A DNA stretch of 64,000 bases from Squalus acanthias (Eukaryota), in NCBI GenBank assembly GCA_030390025.1, contig JASTWF010000362.1, forward strand, positions 372,001 through 436,000, given 5' to 3'. Of the stretch, positions 1-13,560 are shown piece by piece. The position numbers were made by a program, and so were the translations under genes. Within the stretch, counting starts at the first letter, position 1, and each line of letters begins with the position of its first letter. A model generated the notes under the pieces. It was not told where the DNA came from, did no database searches, and was given only the letters and a program-made list of their open reading frames with translations.

Positions 1-934
1 GTCACCGTCCAGGCAGTCAATCGGGGTCACCGTCCAGACAGTCAGAGAGGTCAATAACCAGGGGGCTGAGATTTACAGTAATTGGTCGGAGGAGTAGAGG
101 GGAGTTGAAGAGAACTGTTTTCACAGAGAGGGTGGTGGGGGTCTGGAACTCACTGCCTGAAAGGGTGGTAGAGGCAGAAACCCTCATCGCATTTAAAAAG
201 TACTTGGATATGCGCTTGAAGTGCTGTAACCTACAGGGCTACGGACCAAGAGCTGGACAGTGGGATTAGGCTGGATCGCTCTTTTTTCGGCCGGCACAGA
301 CACGATGGGCCGAATGGCTTCCTTCTGTGCCGTATGATTCCCTGAATCAGAGATCAATGTCAGACAGCCACAGATACTTTGTAAAAGGCCTGGGTGCAAT
401 TTGTTTGGGCTTTTTTGTGTTCAAATCTCAGAAAGGGCCAATTTCTGATTGAGTTTTTGCACAGACAGTGTGACCTTTTCTCAAGAGTGGTTCTGGCACA
501 CAGTCAGTCTGAGTAAAACCTCCCACACAGTTTGTCTGTTTAAATGCAAATGGCACATGAGTAAGTGCAAGGAACGGTGGGACTCCCCACTGAGCTTTAA
601 TCGACTGCGCATGTGGAATAAATGAGATCGCTCTCGGCAGAGTTGGGCGGTTTTATCTGTACTTTCCCCCCCCCCCCGGTGATATTTCCCGACATTTAAT
701 ACTTTCATCCCAAAAATGAGTCCAGTGAGCGGACGAAAACGATCCAACGGTTTACTCTTGGGGTGGGATGAATTCGGAGCGAGCAGTCACACCAGGCTGC
801 TCTCCTGCACCTCCCAATGGCCAGCGTTGGAGCAGCACCCGCAGCTCCCTGGGAGCCCACGGCCTCGGCACGAAAAAGCTGCACTTACATAGCGCCTTTC
901 ACGACCTCAGGACGTCCCAGGTGAAATGCTGAGG

Positions 935-2255
935 GCAGGTTGCACAGACTGGGCTTGTATTCCCTCGAGTTTAGAAGATTAAGGGGTGATCTAATCGAGG
1001 TGTTTAAGATGATTAAAGGAGTTGATAGGGTAGAGAGAGAGAAACTTAGATGTAATATCTCCAAGTTTGCAGACGACACAAAGCTGGGTGGGAGTGTGTG
1101 CTGTGAGGAGGATGCAGCGAAACTCCAGGATGATTTGGACAGGTTGGGTGAGTGGGCAGATGTAGTATAACGTGGATAAATGTGAGGTTATCCACTTGGG
1201 TGGCAAAAACAGGAAGACAGATTATTATCTGAACGGCAATAGATTGGGAAAAGGGGAAGTGCAACGAGATCTGTGTGTCCTTGTGCACCAGTCGCTGAAG
1301 ATAAGCATGCAGGTGCAGCAGGCGGTTAAGAAGGCAAATGGTATGAGTACAGGAGCAAGGATGTCTTGCTGCAGCTGTACAGGGCCTTGGTGAGACCACA
1401 CCTTGAGTATTCCGTGCAGTTTTGGTCGCCTTATCTGAGGAAGGATGTTCTTGCCATGGAGGGAGTGCAGCGAAGATTTACCAGACTGATACCTGGGATG
1501 GCAGGAATGACGAATGAAGAGAGATTGGGTCGATTGGGCTTATACTCGCTGGAGTTTAGAAGAATGAGAGGGGATCTCATTGAAACTTATAAAATTCTAA
1601 CAGGACTAGACAGACTAGATGCAGGAAGGATGTTCCCGATGGCGGGGGAGTCCAGAACCAGGGGTCACAGTCTAAGGATAAGGGGTAAGCCATTTAGGAC
1701 TGAGATGAGGAGGAATTTCTTCACCCAGAGAGTGGTGAACCTGTGGAATTCTCTACCACAAAAGGCAGTTGAGGCCAATTCATTAAATATATTCAAGAAG
1801 GAGATAGATATATTTCTTAAGGCTAAAGGTATCAAGGGATATGGGGAGAAAGCAGGGATAGGGTACTGAGTTTGGATGATCAGCCATGATCTCATTGAAT
1901 GGCGGAGCAGGCTCGAGGGGCCGAATGGCCTACTCCTGCTCCTATCTTCTATGCTTCAATGAAACTATTTCCTCTGGTGGGGGGAGTCCAGAACAAGGGG
2001 GCAGAACCTTAAAATTAGAGCCAGGCCGTTCAGTGGTGATGTCAGGAAGCACTTCCTCACACAGAGGGTGGTGGAAATCTGGAACTCTCTCCCCCAAAAA
2101 GCTGTTGAGGCCGGGGGGGGTCAATTGAAAATTTCAAGACTGAGATCGATAGAATTTTGTCAGTCAAGGGTATGAAGGGATACGGAACCGAGGCGGCTAG
2201 ATGGAGTTAAGATACAGATCAGCCACGATCTCATTGAATGGCCTCCTCCTGTTCC
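935..2255 (+). mobile_element. Nested CR1 LINE 3' fragments (1047-1960 inserted into another CR1)
   Basis: Degenerate RT ORF2 pieces (SKFADDTKLGG, LVRPHLEY, NFFTQRVVNLWNSLP) and a CR1/HER1-like tail GATCAGCCATGATC..GAATGGCGGAGCAGGCTCGAGGGGCCGAATGGCC. TSD GAAACT at 1041-1046 and 1961-1966. Confidence 0.9.
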
Positions 2256-2439
2256 TGTGAATTATTCTTGTGGGCCCTGGAAGAGCTGGAGTGCGTCCGT
2301 CATCAGGAATTCCAGTGGCAGGAGGAGAGTGCATTCTCCCGAGCTACTGCTGTAAGTTCGGCGGAACCCTCTCCCGGGAAATGGGAAGAACCCGGAGGAG
2401 GTTCTCCCTCGGAATGTTCAACAACATGTCTCCTCCAGT

Positions 2440-3431
2440 CCTGGTGTTTTGGTCAGAAGAGTAAGGAGGCCACACACTCCTCGGAAAATAAGCGTCTAAA
2501 TGGGGTTAGAGGAACAGAGGGATCTGGGGGAACAGATACACAGATCACTAAAAGTAGCGACGCAGGTTAATAAGTACATAGAAAAAAGCAAACCAGGCAC
2601 TGGGATTCATTTCTAAAGGGATAGAATTGAAAAGCATTGATTTTATGTTAAACTTGTATCGAATCTTGGTGAGACCACACTTGGAGCACTGTGAAGAATT
2701 CTGGCCTCCATATTATGAAAAGGATATAGAGACACTGGAGAAGGTGCAAAAATGATTCACAAGGATGATACCAGAACTGAGAGCATATATTTAATCAGGA
2801 AAGACTAAATAGGCTGGGGTTCTTTTCTCTAGAAAAGAGAAGGCTGAGGGGTGACATAAGAACATAAGAAATAGGAGCAGGAGTCGGCCATTCGGCCCCT
2901 CGAGCCTGCTCCGCCATTCAATGAGATCATGGCTGATCTTCGACCTCAGCTCCACTTTCCTGAACTATCCCCATATCCCTTAATTTTCAAAGATCTATCG
3001 ATCTCTGTCTTGAATATACTCAACGACTGAGCCTCCACAGCCTGATCGAGGTCTTCAAAATTATGAAAGGGTTTGATAGGGTAAACAGAGACACGATGTT
3101 CCCACTTGTGGGGGGGGGGGGGGGGGGATCAAAACTGTGTACCAGAAATATAAGATAGTCACTAATAAATCCAATGGGGAATTCAGAAGAAACTTCTTTA
3201 CCCAGAGAGTGGTGAGAATGTGGAACTCGCTCCCACAGGGAGTGGTTGAGGTGAATAGTATAGATGTGTTTAAGGGGAAGCTGGATAAACACATGGGGGA
3301 GAAAGGAATAGAAGGATATGTTGATGGGGTGGGAGGAGGCTCGTGTGGAGCATCAACACCGGCACGGACCAGTTGGGCCGAATGGCCTGTTTCTGTGCTG
3401 TATTTTCAGGATATTACGGGGAACAGATAGG

Positions 3432-3466
<35 letters not shown>

Positions 3467-3775
3467 CTATTTCCGCTGGTTGGGGATTCTCGGACTAGGG
3501 GGCATAGTCTAAAAATTAGAGCCGGACCTTTCAGGAGTGAAATTGGGAAACAGTTCTACACACAAAGTGTGGTAGAAGTTTGGAACTCTCTTCCGCAAAC
3601 GGCAATTGATGCTAGATCAATTGTTAATTTAAACCTGAGATTGATAGCTTTTTGTTAACCAAAGGTATTAAGAGATATGGGGCAAAGGCGGGTGTATGGA
3701 GTTAGGTTCACAGATCAGCCATGATCTCATTGAATGGCGGGACAGGCTCGAGGGGCTGAATGGCCTGTTCCTAAA
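2440..3775 (+). mobile_element. Cluster of CR1 3' fragments, with an inverted CR1 tail at ~2856-3041
   Basis: Frameshifted CR1 ORF2 C-terminal motifs (FRRNFFTQRVVRMWNSLP) and tails. Confidence 0.85.
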
Positions 3776-4167
3776 TACTATGTAATTCTATGTACATTCC
3801 CATTAGCACCAACATGTCGGGAGTTTGGGGGGTGGGGGGGGGGGCGAGCAGATTTGTGTTGTACTGTACATGGAGGTGGCAATAAGGGGGCTGGCAGGGT
3901 CGGTGAGAGATCACCCTCTGAACCCCTGCGGCTCTTGCGAATTGTCCTCCCACCTTTTCTGGGGGCCACACTGGGCCACCCGGACCTTGATGCAAACAAC
4001 AGCCCCAGAGTGACTTCCTCGTTCACCACAAGGGCAGTCCAAGTGATTCATCTCAGAGTGGAACAGGAAGGAGATGACAGCTCAGGGTTGAAGTTAAAAG
4101 CAGAAAAAGCTGCTGAACTCCCCAGTACTTTCAGCCTTCCTCTAACACACACACCCTGCTTTCCTCC

Positions 4168-4752
4168 CAAAGCGCTTTACAGCCAATGAAGTACTTCTTG
4201 AAGTGTAGTCACTGTTGTAATGTAGGAAACGCGGTAGCCAATTTGCGCACAGCAAGCTCCCACAAACAGACATGTGATAATGACCAGATCATTTGTTTTA
4301 GTGATGATGGTTGAGGGATAAATATTGGCCCCAGGACACCGGGGATAACTCCCCTGCTCTTCTTCGAAATAGTGCCATGGGATCTTTTACGTCCACTTGA
4401 GAGAGCAGACGGGGCCTCGGTTTAACGTCTCATCTGAAAGACGGCACCTCTGACAGTGCGGCTCTCCCTCAGTACGGCCCCTCTGACAGTGCAGCGCTCC
4501 CTCAGTACTGCCCCTCCGACAGTGCGGCGCTCCCTCAGCACTGCCCCTCCGACAGTGCAGCGCTCCCTCAGTATGGCCCCTCTGACAGTGCGGCGCTCCC
4601 GCAGTACTGCCCCTCCGACAGTGCAGCACTCCCTCAGTACTGCACTGGGAGGGTCAGCCTAGATTTTTGTGCTCAAGTCTCTGGAGTAGGGACTCGAACC
4701 CACAACCTCCTGACTCAGAGGTGAGGGTGCTGCCCACTGAGCCACGGCTGAC
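4168..4752 (-). mobile_element. Deu-domain tRNA-SINE with ~6 copies of the internal 33-bp unit
   Basis: Reverse complement of the SINE consensus; tandem units at ~4447-4643. Confidence 0.9.
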
Positions 4753-5152
4753 TAGAATCTGCCTCCCCACCCCCACCATGTGCAAGTCCTGATGGTATCG
4801 ACGGTGCCCGCTGAAATGATTGTTTCTTGAACATGGAGTTCAAGAGCTCCCTGGCTCCGATCCAATGTCCACTGTAAACTGATCCCAGTGAATTAACTTC
4901 ACTCCAAGTCTTCTTCCAGCACCACTGCCAGTACATCATTGAAATGTGTTTCTTATTTTGCTTTATACATTTAAAAAAAAAATCCAGTACAAACACTGAC
5001 CTCCTCCTGACATGTCTGGCGAAAGGAAAAAAAACCACCAGAGTCCAAGAGTGTCATCTCCAGTTTGTCACAAGCCCTTTGACGGAGGAGTCAAGTCTCA
5101 CAGCGTTAGAAAATGTTTGGCCCCAGATCTGACATTTGCCGTACATTTAGAA

Positions 5153-5548
5153 AGGGCGATTTGATCGAGTTGTTCAAAATCATGTGGGGTTTTGGTCCAG
5201 TAAATAAGGAGAAACTGTTTCCACTGGCAGGAGGGTCGGTAACCAGAGGACACAGATTGAAGATAATTGGCAAAAAGAACCCGGGGGGGAGGGGGGACGC
5301 GCAGGGGAGAGAGAGGAGGAGAATTTTATTTAACGCAGCAAGTTGTTGTGATCTGGAACGCGCTGCCTGAAAGGGTGGTGGAAGCGGATTCAACGGTAAC
5401 TTTCGAAAAAGGGAATTGGATAAATACTTGAAGGGAAACAATTTGCAGGGCTATGGGGAAAGACCGGGGGGGAGTGGGGCTGATTGGAGAGCTCGACCAA
5501 AGAGCCAGCACAGGCACAATGGGCCGAATGGCCTCCTGCTGTGCTGTA
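5153..5548 (+). mobile_element. CR1 3' fragment
   Basis: GDLIELFKIM...EKLFPLAGGSVTRGHRLK plus tail. Confidence 0.85.
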
Positions 5549-5819
5549 TCAGTCTTTCACATCTCTCAGACACATTGCAATGTTCTTCACATATAATGAT
5601 TTACCCTGAAGAGCACTGGCTTCTGTTATGTCGAAAACGCAACAGCCAATTTGCGCACAGCAAGATCCCACAATGAGATGAATGATTGTTTCATATTGCT
5701 TTTTTTTGTTGTTGTTGCTGTGGTGGTTTAAGGGAGGAATGTTAGCCAGGACCCTGGGAGATTTCCCTGCTCTCCTTCACAGCACTTCGCAGGAACCACC
5801 GGACCAGGCAGATATAGAT

Positions 5820-6148
5820 CCCCATCTCTGTAACCTCCTCCAGCCCCACAACCCTCCCAGATCTCCGCGCTCCTCCAATTCTGCCCTCTTGAGCATCCCC
5901 GATTTTCATCACTCCACCATTGGAGGCCGTGCCTTCAGCTGCCTGGGCCCCAAGCTCTGGAATTCCCTCCCTAAATCTCTCCGCCTCTCTCTCCACTCCT
6001 TTAAGACGCTCCTTAAAACCTCCCTCGTCACCTGTCCTAATATCACCTTATGTCGGTGTCAAATTTTATTTGATAATCGCTCCTGTGAAGCGCCTTGGAA
6101 CATTTTACTACATTAAAAGGCGCTATATAAATGCAAGTTATTGTTGTT
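5820..6148 (+). mobile_element. L2-clade LINE 3' end
   Basis: GGRAFSCLGPKLWNSLP...FKTLLKT; tail GTGAAGCGCCTTGG...AAAGGCGCTATATAAATGCAAGTT(GTT)n. Confidence 0.8.
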
Positions 6149-6484
6149 GACGTGGAGATGAGTTTGACGTCACATCCAAAAGACGGCAGCTCCGGCAATG
6201 CTGCACTCCCTCAGTAGTGCGCTGGGAGTGTCGGCCTTGTCCATCATGTGCTCAACCCCCGCAGTGGCTCCTGAACCCACAACTTTCTCAGAGATCAGAG
6301 TGTCGGCAACTGAGCCAAACTAGAGCCCCAGGGCGGCCCGTTACTCCCACCCGTTTACCTCAGTCAGGTGGTCAACTCACCTATCTGGGGGGGGAGAGGG
6401 TTAGGAGAGCGGGAAGGGCCCATGAATCACATCTCCGACCTTAGGCACACTGTGAGAATTCTGAAAAGAGTCATTAGGAAGGAA

Positions 6485-6840
6485 CATAGGAACAGGAGGA
6501 GGCCTTTAACCTTTCAAGCTTGTTCCATCATTCAATTAAGTTCATGCCTGATCTGTATCTTAACTCCATCTACCCGCCTCGGTTCCGTAACCCTCAATAC
6601 TCTTACTGAACAAAATCTGTGTCTCAGTTTTGATATTTTCAATTGACCCCCAGCCTCAACAGCTTTTTGGGGGGAGAGAGTTCCAGATTTCCACTGCCCT
6701 TTGTGTGAAGAAATGCTTCCTGACATCACCCCTGAACGGCCTGGCTCTAATTTTAAGGTTCTGCCCCCTTGTTTTGGACTCCCCCCACCAGAGGAAATAG
6801 TTTCTCCCCATCTACCCCATCAACTCCTTTAATCATCTTA
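6485..6840 (-). mobile_element. CR1 3' fragment
   Basis: Reverse complement of the CR1 end seen at 1961-2255. Confidence 0.85.
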
Positions 6841-6841
6841 A

Positions 6842-7308
6842 CGGTGTCGGCTGTGTCTCAGTGGGCAGCACTCTCGCCTCTGAGTCAGAAGGTTGTGGGT
6901 TCGAGCTCCACTCCAGAGACTTGAGCACAAAAATCTAGGCTGACACTCCCAGCGCAGTACTGAGGGAGTGCTGCACTGTCGGAGGTGCCGTCTTTCGGAT
7001 AAGACATTAAACCGAGGCCCCATCTGCCCTCTCAGGTGGAAGTAAAAGATCCCGTGGCACTATTTTGAAGAGGAGCAGGGGAGTTCTCCCCGGTGTCCCG
7101 GGCCAATATTTATCCTTCAATCAACATCACTAAAACAGATTATCTGGTCATTATCACATTGCTGGTTGTGGGATCTTGCTGTGCGCAAATTGGCTGCCGC
7201 ATTTCCTACAACAGTGACAACACTTCAAAAAATTCTTCATTGGCTGTAAAGCACTTTGGGACGTCCTGAGGTGGTGAAAGGCGCTATAGAAATGCAAGTC
7301 TTTTTTTC
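6842..7308 (+). mobile_element. Full-length Deu-domain tRNA-SINE (SacSINE1-like), single internal unit
   Basis: Pol III A-box/B-box head (CTCAGTGG...GGTTCGAG). Deu-like core TAAACCGAGGCCC...AAAGATCCC.TGGCAC...CCCCGGTGTCC. L2-like tail GTAAAGC.CTTTGGG...AAAGGCGCTATA.AAATGCAAG. Family name recalled, not searched. Confidence 0.85.
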
Positions 7309-7849
7309 TTTAACATCTCAATTCGTACACCCCTTGATCTACTTTACTCGAGGGAATACAAGCAACCTGCCCTCAGAATTTGACCCTTTTAGCCCGGGTA
7401 TCATCCTGGTGAATCTGCGCTGCACCTTCTCCACCACATCAAAGCAGCCTGCCCGGGCACCCTACCCCACCCCCCACCCCGCTCCCCCACCCCTCCACCC
7501 CGCCCTCGCTCCACACCCCCCCACCTCGCTCCACACCCCCAACATCCAGCCCTTCCTGTCCCTCTGAGCTATGTATAACAGAGGCCAGAACAAACAACGA
7601 GGCAAACTTGCGTAAGACAAAGCCCAAGAAGACGATAGGCCATTCAGCCCATCTAGATTGACTCTCTAGTATTTCAGCTCATGCAGGCGAGTAACCAGCT
7701 GCACCGTGAAGTCCATCAGCATCTTAAACCTAGCTGGGAAATCATTCCAAAACAGTTAGCACCCATTGAATAATGAATTTTATGACATCCGATTTAAATT
7801 TACATTTCACCCATTTAAATTCGATTCATCCCGCTTTACAGGACTCGCT

Positions 7850-8407
7850 GGACTAGAAATTCAGCTCCTTTGCGCCTGTCGTTAGCGCCCCCGGGGGGCG
7901 CTAACAGGGCGCAAAAGGCTGATTGTCCGGGGGGGGGCAAAAAAAACACCTCCCGAGAAATTGGGCGGGGCATTGCTGAGGCTCTACCCGATAGTGCCGC
8001 GCCCCCGCCAGGTAGCGCCCCGGGCCGTCGCGCCTCTGGCAATGACGTGGGTGGCGACCCCTTAGCGCCCCGCGGCAGACATTCGGCTGCGCCCCGCGAG
8101 GCTGCCGCGGGCGGTGTCAGTGTCAGCCTCACGGGTCGCGAACCGGGCCGACCTCCACTCCCGGGACGGTAGTTAAAGGGGAGGTGCGGCCGCGACCCGC
8201 GCCGCCATTTTCTGTTTTTGGTCGACCTCCAGGGCGGCACTGCGTGGTGGGCTGTGGCGTGGTCCTGGCCGCCATCGCGCAGCCCGTGGCACCTCGCCGC
8301 CCTGGTGGCCTAGTGTGGGCCATCGGAGGCCCTGCAGAGAGCGCAGCTAAATGTCCAGCCTTAACTCGGGGACCGCCCCCAAACGGGGCGTAACCGAATT
8401 ACGCGCC
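7850..8407 (+). mobile_element. GC-rich MITE-like element with subterminal hairpin
   Basis: Starts GGACTAGAAATT and has a palindrome at 7861-7922. Colinear with the reverse complement of 41290-42044. Confidence 0.6.
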
Positions 8408-9494
8408 TGCTGACTTTAAAGTAACATTGCTCCCATTTAATTTAGATTAAAATTACTATTAAACTCACTACTCAACATCCCACTGACACTCCCTGTCTCC
8501 TGGCAAGCCACCCCAGACACCCCCCGCCCTCCCCCCCACCCGCACCCCGAAACTCAGAGAGGCGGAGAGGTTGAGGGAGCGAATTCCAGGGCTTGGGGTC
8601 CAGGCAGCTGAAGGCACGGCGCCAATGGTGGAGTGAAGGAAATCGGGGGATGCGCAAGAGGCCAGAATTGGAGGAGCGCAGAGATCTCGGGGGGTTGTAG
8701 GGCTGGAGGAGGTTAAAGAGAGAGGGAGGGGGGCGAAGCCTTGAGCTCGAGGCTCTTTGACTCATTCATTACTTGCATTTTTTTTTTAAACACAGCAGAA
8801 CCAAACATCCAGGTCTTCTGCGCTTTTATGGTGTAATTAGACATGTAGAGGAAAATATGAGACAATGGTTAAACCATGGCTGTCTTTAACTAAACTAATA
8901 ATCAGTAACAGCCCCCCTGGGTAATCTGGTGCTGGTTGACTTGTGTGACTGGAATGTTCTTATTTGCAAATTTAAATTGTCACAACAGTGATGGGCGTGG
9001 GAGAGGTGGAATGCTTGGGGCCTAGTTATGGTCTCATTAAAGTTAAGCCCGATTAAAAAGGCCACATGATTGTTAAGTGTGGGGAACATCCCGGATCGGG
9101 GGAGCTGCCTAAGTGTTTCGTCTTTCATCTCCCGCGATCGGAAGTCCAATCTAAACTTCCTCTGGATTGGGAACAGCTGCGGAGACTCAGGGCCCGTCTG
9201 GTCTGGGAACAGCCTGACCCGAATCCCCCAGTCCAGAGAGAGAGAGAGAGAGAGGCAGACAGACAGACAGACAGAGTGGTCGTCCTGTCGCTATTATCTG
9301 TCTGGAACATCAGCTTCCACCACAGCACAGGAACAGCTGACTTTGAACAGGAGAAATCAAAAGATGGCACATTGCACTCGGTCACTCAGCCTCTCGCCTT
9401 GGGGTGTTTGTGTAATGATGAAATTCTTCCCTTTTAATAAAACTTTACAAAAAAAAATCCGGCATTTATACAGCGCCTTTTACAACCTTTACGG

Positions 9495-10022
9495 GGGCAT
9501 AGTTTCAAGGTAAGGGGCAGGAAGTTTAGAGGGGATTTGAGGAAAAACTTTCTCACCCAGAGGGTGGTTGGAATCTGGAACTCACTGCCTGAAAGGGTGG
9601 CAGAGGCAGGAACCCTCACAACATTCAAGAAGCATTTAGATGAGCACTTGAAACGCCATAGCATACAAGGCTACGGACCAAGTGCTGGAAAATGGGATTA
9701 GAATAGACAGGGTTGATGGCCGGCGCGGACACGATGGGCCGAAGGGCCTCTTTCTGTGCTCTATGACCTCAGGACGTCCCAAAGCTCCTTACAGCCAATG
9801 AAGTACTTTTTGAAGTGTAGTCACTGTTGTAATGTGGGAAACACAGCAGCCAATATGCGCACAGCAAGATCCCGCAAACAGCACTGTGATAATGACCGGA
9901 TCATCTGTTTTTAGTGATGTTGGTTGAGAGATAAATATTGGCCGAGAACACCAGGGAGAACTCCCCTGCTCTTCTTCGAAATAGTGGCCGTGGGATCTTT
10001 TACGTCCACCTGAGAGAGCAGA
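9495..10022. mobile_element. CR1 3' end (+) abutting a partial Deu-SINE (-)
   Basis: CR1 motifs at 9495-9765; SINE body at 9765-10022. Confidence 0.8.
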
Positions 10023-10705
10023 TGTTTTAACTTGCATTTATACAGCGCCTTTAACATAGTACTACGTCCCAGGAGCGATTATCAGACAACATTCGAGCGA
10101 TGGAAATTGGGCGGGTTTCTTACTCGCCCAGCCGAACTTTAACCTGCTCTCCTGAGCGGGGCATAAGCGTTGCAGCCTTCGCCCCCCCCCCAGGTGCGCC
10201 CCACAAGGAGAGTTTAGACCCCCCCCCCCACATGCCCCAGACTTCCTCCTAATCCCGCGATCGTGTGGGAAGCTAACCGACTCCCGCTGTGTAGCGCAGC
10301 GCGCTGGTCCGGTTTAATCGCTCAACTGTAGATCACTGATCTGTCGCAATGATTTATATTATTTTGCAAAGGAGTCAGACATCTGGAGTGACGTATGCCG
10401 TTAATTTATTAGCCTAGACATCACAAAGTAATGTTGATTTAAACAATCACCATTTGCTGGTCGTGCAGGGCTTGGGTCTCAAGCCTCAATTAATCCAGGA
10501 AGGGTTCTAAATGTCTCGTTTCCTTGTTTACTTCAAGCTTTTGTGTGGCGTGAGTGCGCAGAGGCTGTTCCAAGGTGGGAGTCGGATTCCTCGCTGCCTT
10601 TAAAGGGGAACGCCAAGCACGGTTTAAAGGGATGGTGCATCTCGATGCAACAGGAGTGACTGCACTTCAGAAGTAAGCCAGTGGGTGCAAAGTGCTTTGA
10701 GACAT

Positions 10706-11200
10706 CGGCTCATCCAAACCTCTGCTGCCCCGTGTCCTAACTCGCACCAAGTCCCGTTCACCCATCACCCCTGTGCTCGCTGACCTACATTGGCTCCCAG
10801 TCCGGCAACGCCTCAATTTTAAAATTCTCATCCTTCTTTTCAAATCCCTCCATAGCCTCGCCCCTCCCTATCTCTGTAATCTCCATCAGCCCCACAACCC
10901 CGCCGCCCCCCGAGATCTCTGCGCTCCTCCAATTCTGGCCTCTTGTACAACCCTGATTTTAATCACTCCACCATTGGTGGTCGTGTCTTCAGCTGCCTGG
11001 GCCCTAAGCTCTGGAATTCCCTCCCTAAACCTCTCCGCCTCTCTCTCCTCCTTTAAGACGCTCCTTAAAACCTACCTCTTTCACCTGTCCTAATATCTCC
11101 CTATGTGACTCGGTGTCATATTTTGTTTGATAATCGCTCCTGTGAAGCGCCTTGGGACGTTTTACTACGTTAAAGGCGCTATATAAGTACAAGTTGTTAT
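10706..11200 (+). mobile_element. L2-clade LINE 3' end
   Basis: LADLHWLPVRQRLNFKILILLFKSLHSLAPPYL, the canonical L2 ORF2 C-terminus, plus tail. Confidence 0.88.
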
Positions 11201-11599
11201 TGGGTAGGGGGGGGGGGGACTTTTAACGGCCTGGTTTCTGCCCCCCATAATCTTCCACAGGCTGAATGGGCCAAATGTCCTCCTTCTCTGCTGTATCGTT
11301 CTATGATCATCAGGTCAATGGTCCACTGACCTTTCAGTAATCCAGCTCACCTTTCCAGACGCTGGTGATGGAAGACAGTACAGTATTTACATTTAGTTCT
11401 GATCTCAGGAGAGCGACACTGCCCCGCTGCCGACTTCTCAATTTTACATTGTTATAAACTCAACAGAACTATAGGGTGAGGGGCGGGTCAACAAGAAGTA
11501 GAGCATTAGAAAGAGGACAGGAGAGGGCTATAGGTGTCCTCCCAATAATCTTTGCTTTGCGCTCTCTTCAGTACTCGTCTGAATTAAAGAAAGAAATTC

Positions 11600-13560
11600 C
11601 ACCTTTCACGACTTCAGGACGTCCCAAAGTGCTTCACAGCCAACGAAGTTACTTTTTGACGTGTAGTCACTGTTGTAATGTAGGAAACACAGCAGCCAAT
11701 TTGCGCACAGCAAGCTCCCACACACAGCAATGTGATAATGAGCAGATAATCGAGGGTTTTTTAGCTGTTATTTTAGGGATAAATATTGGCCAGGACACCA
11801 GGGATAACTCCCCAGCTCCTCTTCGAAATCGTGCCATGGGATTTTTTAATGTTCAGATGAGAATGCGGACGGGGCCCGGGGTTTAGCGTCTCATCCGAAA
11901 GACGGCACCTCCGACAGTGCAGCACTCCCTCAGTACCGCCCCTCCGACAGTGCGGCGCTCCCTCAGTACTGCCCCTCCGACAGTGCGGCGCTCCCTCAGT
12001 ACTGCCACTCCGACAGTGCAGCACTCCCTCAGTACTGCCCCTCCGACAGTGCGGCGCTCCCTCAGTACTGCCCCTCCGACAGTGGGGCGCTCCCTCAGTA
12101 CTGCCCCTCCGACAGTGCAGCGCTCCCTCAGTACTGCCCCTCCGACAGTGCGGCGCTCCCTCAGTACTGCCCCTCCGACAGTGCAGCGCTCCCTCAGTAC
12201 TGCCCCTCCGACAGTGCGGCGCTCCCTCAGTACTGCCCCTCCGACAGTGCGGCACTCCCTCAGTACTGCCCCTCCGACAGTGCAGCACTCCCTCAGTACT
12301 GCCCCTCCGACAGTGCGGCACTCCCTCAGTACTGCCCCTCCGACAGTGCGGCACTCCCTCAGTACTGCCCCTCCGACAGTGCGGCACTCCCTCAGTACTG
12401 CCCCTCCGACAGTGCGGCACTCCCTCAGTACTGCCCCTCCGACAGTGCGGCGCTCCCTCAGTACTGCCCCTCCGACAGTGCGGCACTCCCTCAGTACTGC
12501 CCCTCCGACAGTGCGGCGCTCCCTCAGTACTGCCCCTCCGACAGTGCAGCACTCCCTCAGTACTGCCCCTCCGACAGTGCGGCGCTCCCTCAGTACTGCC
12601 CCTCCGACAGTGCAGCGCTCCCTCAGTACTGCCCCTCCGATAGTGCGGCGCTCCCTCAGTACTGCCCCTCCGACAGTGCGGTGCTCCCTCAGTACTGCCC
12701 CTCCGACAGTGCGGCGCTCCCTCAGTACTGCCCCTCCGACAGTGCGGCGCTCCCTCAGTACTGCCCCTCCGACAGTGCAGCGCTCCCTCAGTACGGCCCC
12801 TCCGACAGTGCGGCACTCCCTCAGTACTGCCCCTCCGACAGTGCAGCGCTCCCTCAGTACTGCCCCTCCGACAGTGCGGCGCTCCCTCAGTACTGCCCCT
12901 CCGACAGTGGGGCGCTCCCTCAGTACTGCCCCTCCGACAGTGAAGCGCTCCCTCAGTACTGCCCCTCCGACAGTGCAGCGCTCCCTCAGTACTGCCCCTC
13001 CAACAGTGCAGCGCTCCCTCAGTACTGCCCCTCCGACAGTGGGGCGCTCCCTCAGTACTGCCCCTCCGACAGTGAAGCGCTCCCTCAGTACTGCCCCTCC
13101 GACAGTGCGGCGCTCCCTCAGTACGGCCCCTCCGACAGTGCGGCACTCCCTCAGTACTGCCCCTCCGACGGTGCGGCGCTCCCTCAGTACTGCCCCTCCG
13201 ACAGTGCGGCACTCCCTCAGTACTGTCCCTCCGACAGTGCGGCGCTCCCTCAGTACTGTCCCTCCGACAGTGCGGCGCTCCCTCAGTACTGCCCCTCCAA
13301 CAGTGCGGCGCTCCCTCAGTACTGCCCCTCTGACAGTGCGGCACTCCCTCAGTACTGCCCCTCCGACAGTGCGGCACTCCCTCAGTACTGTCACTCCGAC
13401 AGTGCGGCGCTCCCTCAGTACTGTCACTCCGACAGTGCGGCGCTCCCTCAGTACTGTCACTGGGAGTGTCGGCCTGGGTTATGGACTCACGTCTCTGGAG
13501 TGGGGCTTGAATCCACGACCTTCTGACTCAGAGGCGAGGGTGCTGCCCACTGAGCCACGG
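11600..13560 (-). mobile_element. Deu-SINE with ~47 copies of the 33-bp unit
   Basis: SINE tail and body at 11600-11906, array (CCTCCGACAGTGCGGCGCTCCCTCAGTACTGCC)n at ~11907-13460, tRNA-like head at 13460-13560. Confidence 0.92.

Noticed and set aside
2262..2443. Possible LAMC3 exon 2 in a non-repeat patch
   Set aside because: The minus-strand translation I checked shows no laminin LN motif (expected KAYEITYVRLKF-like).
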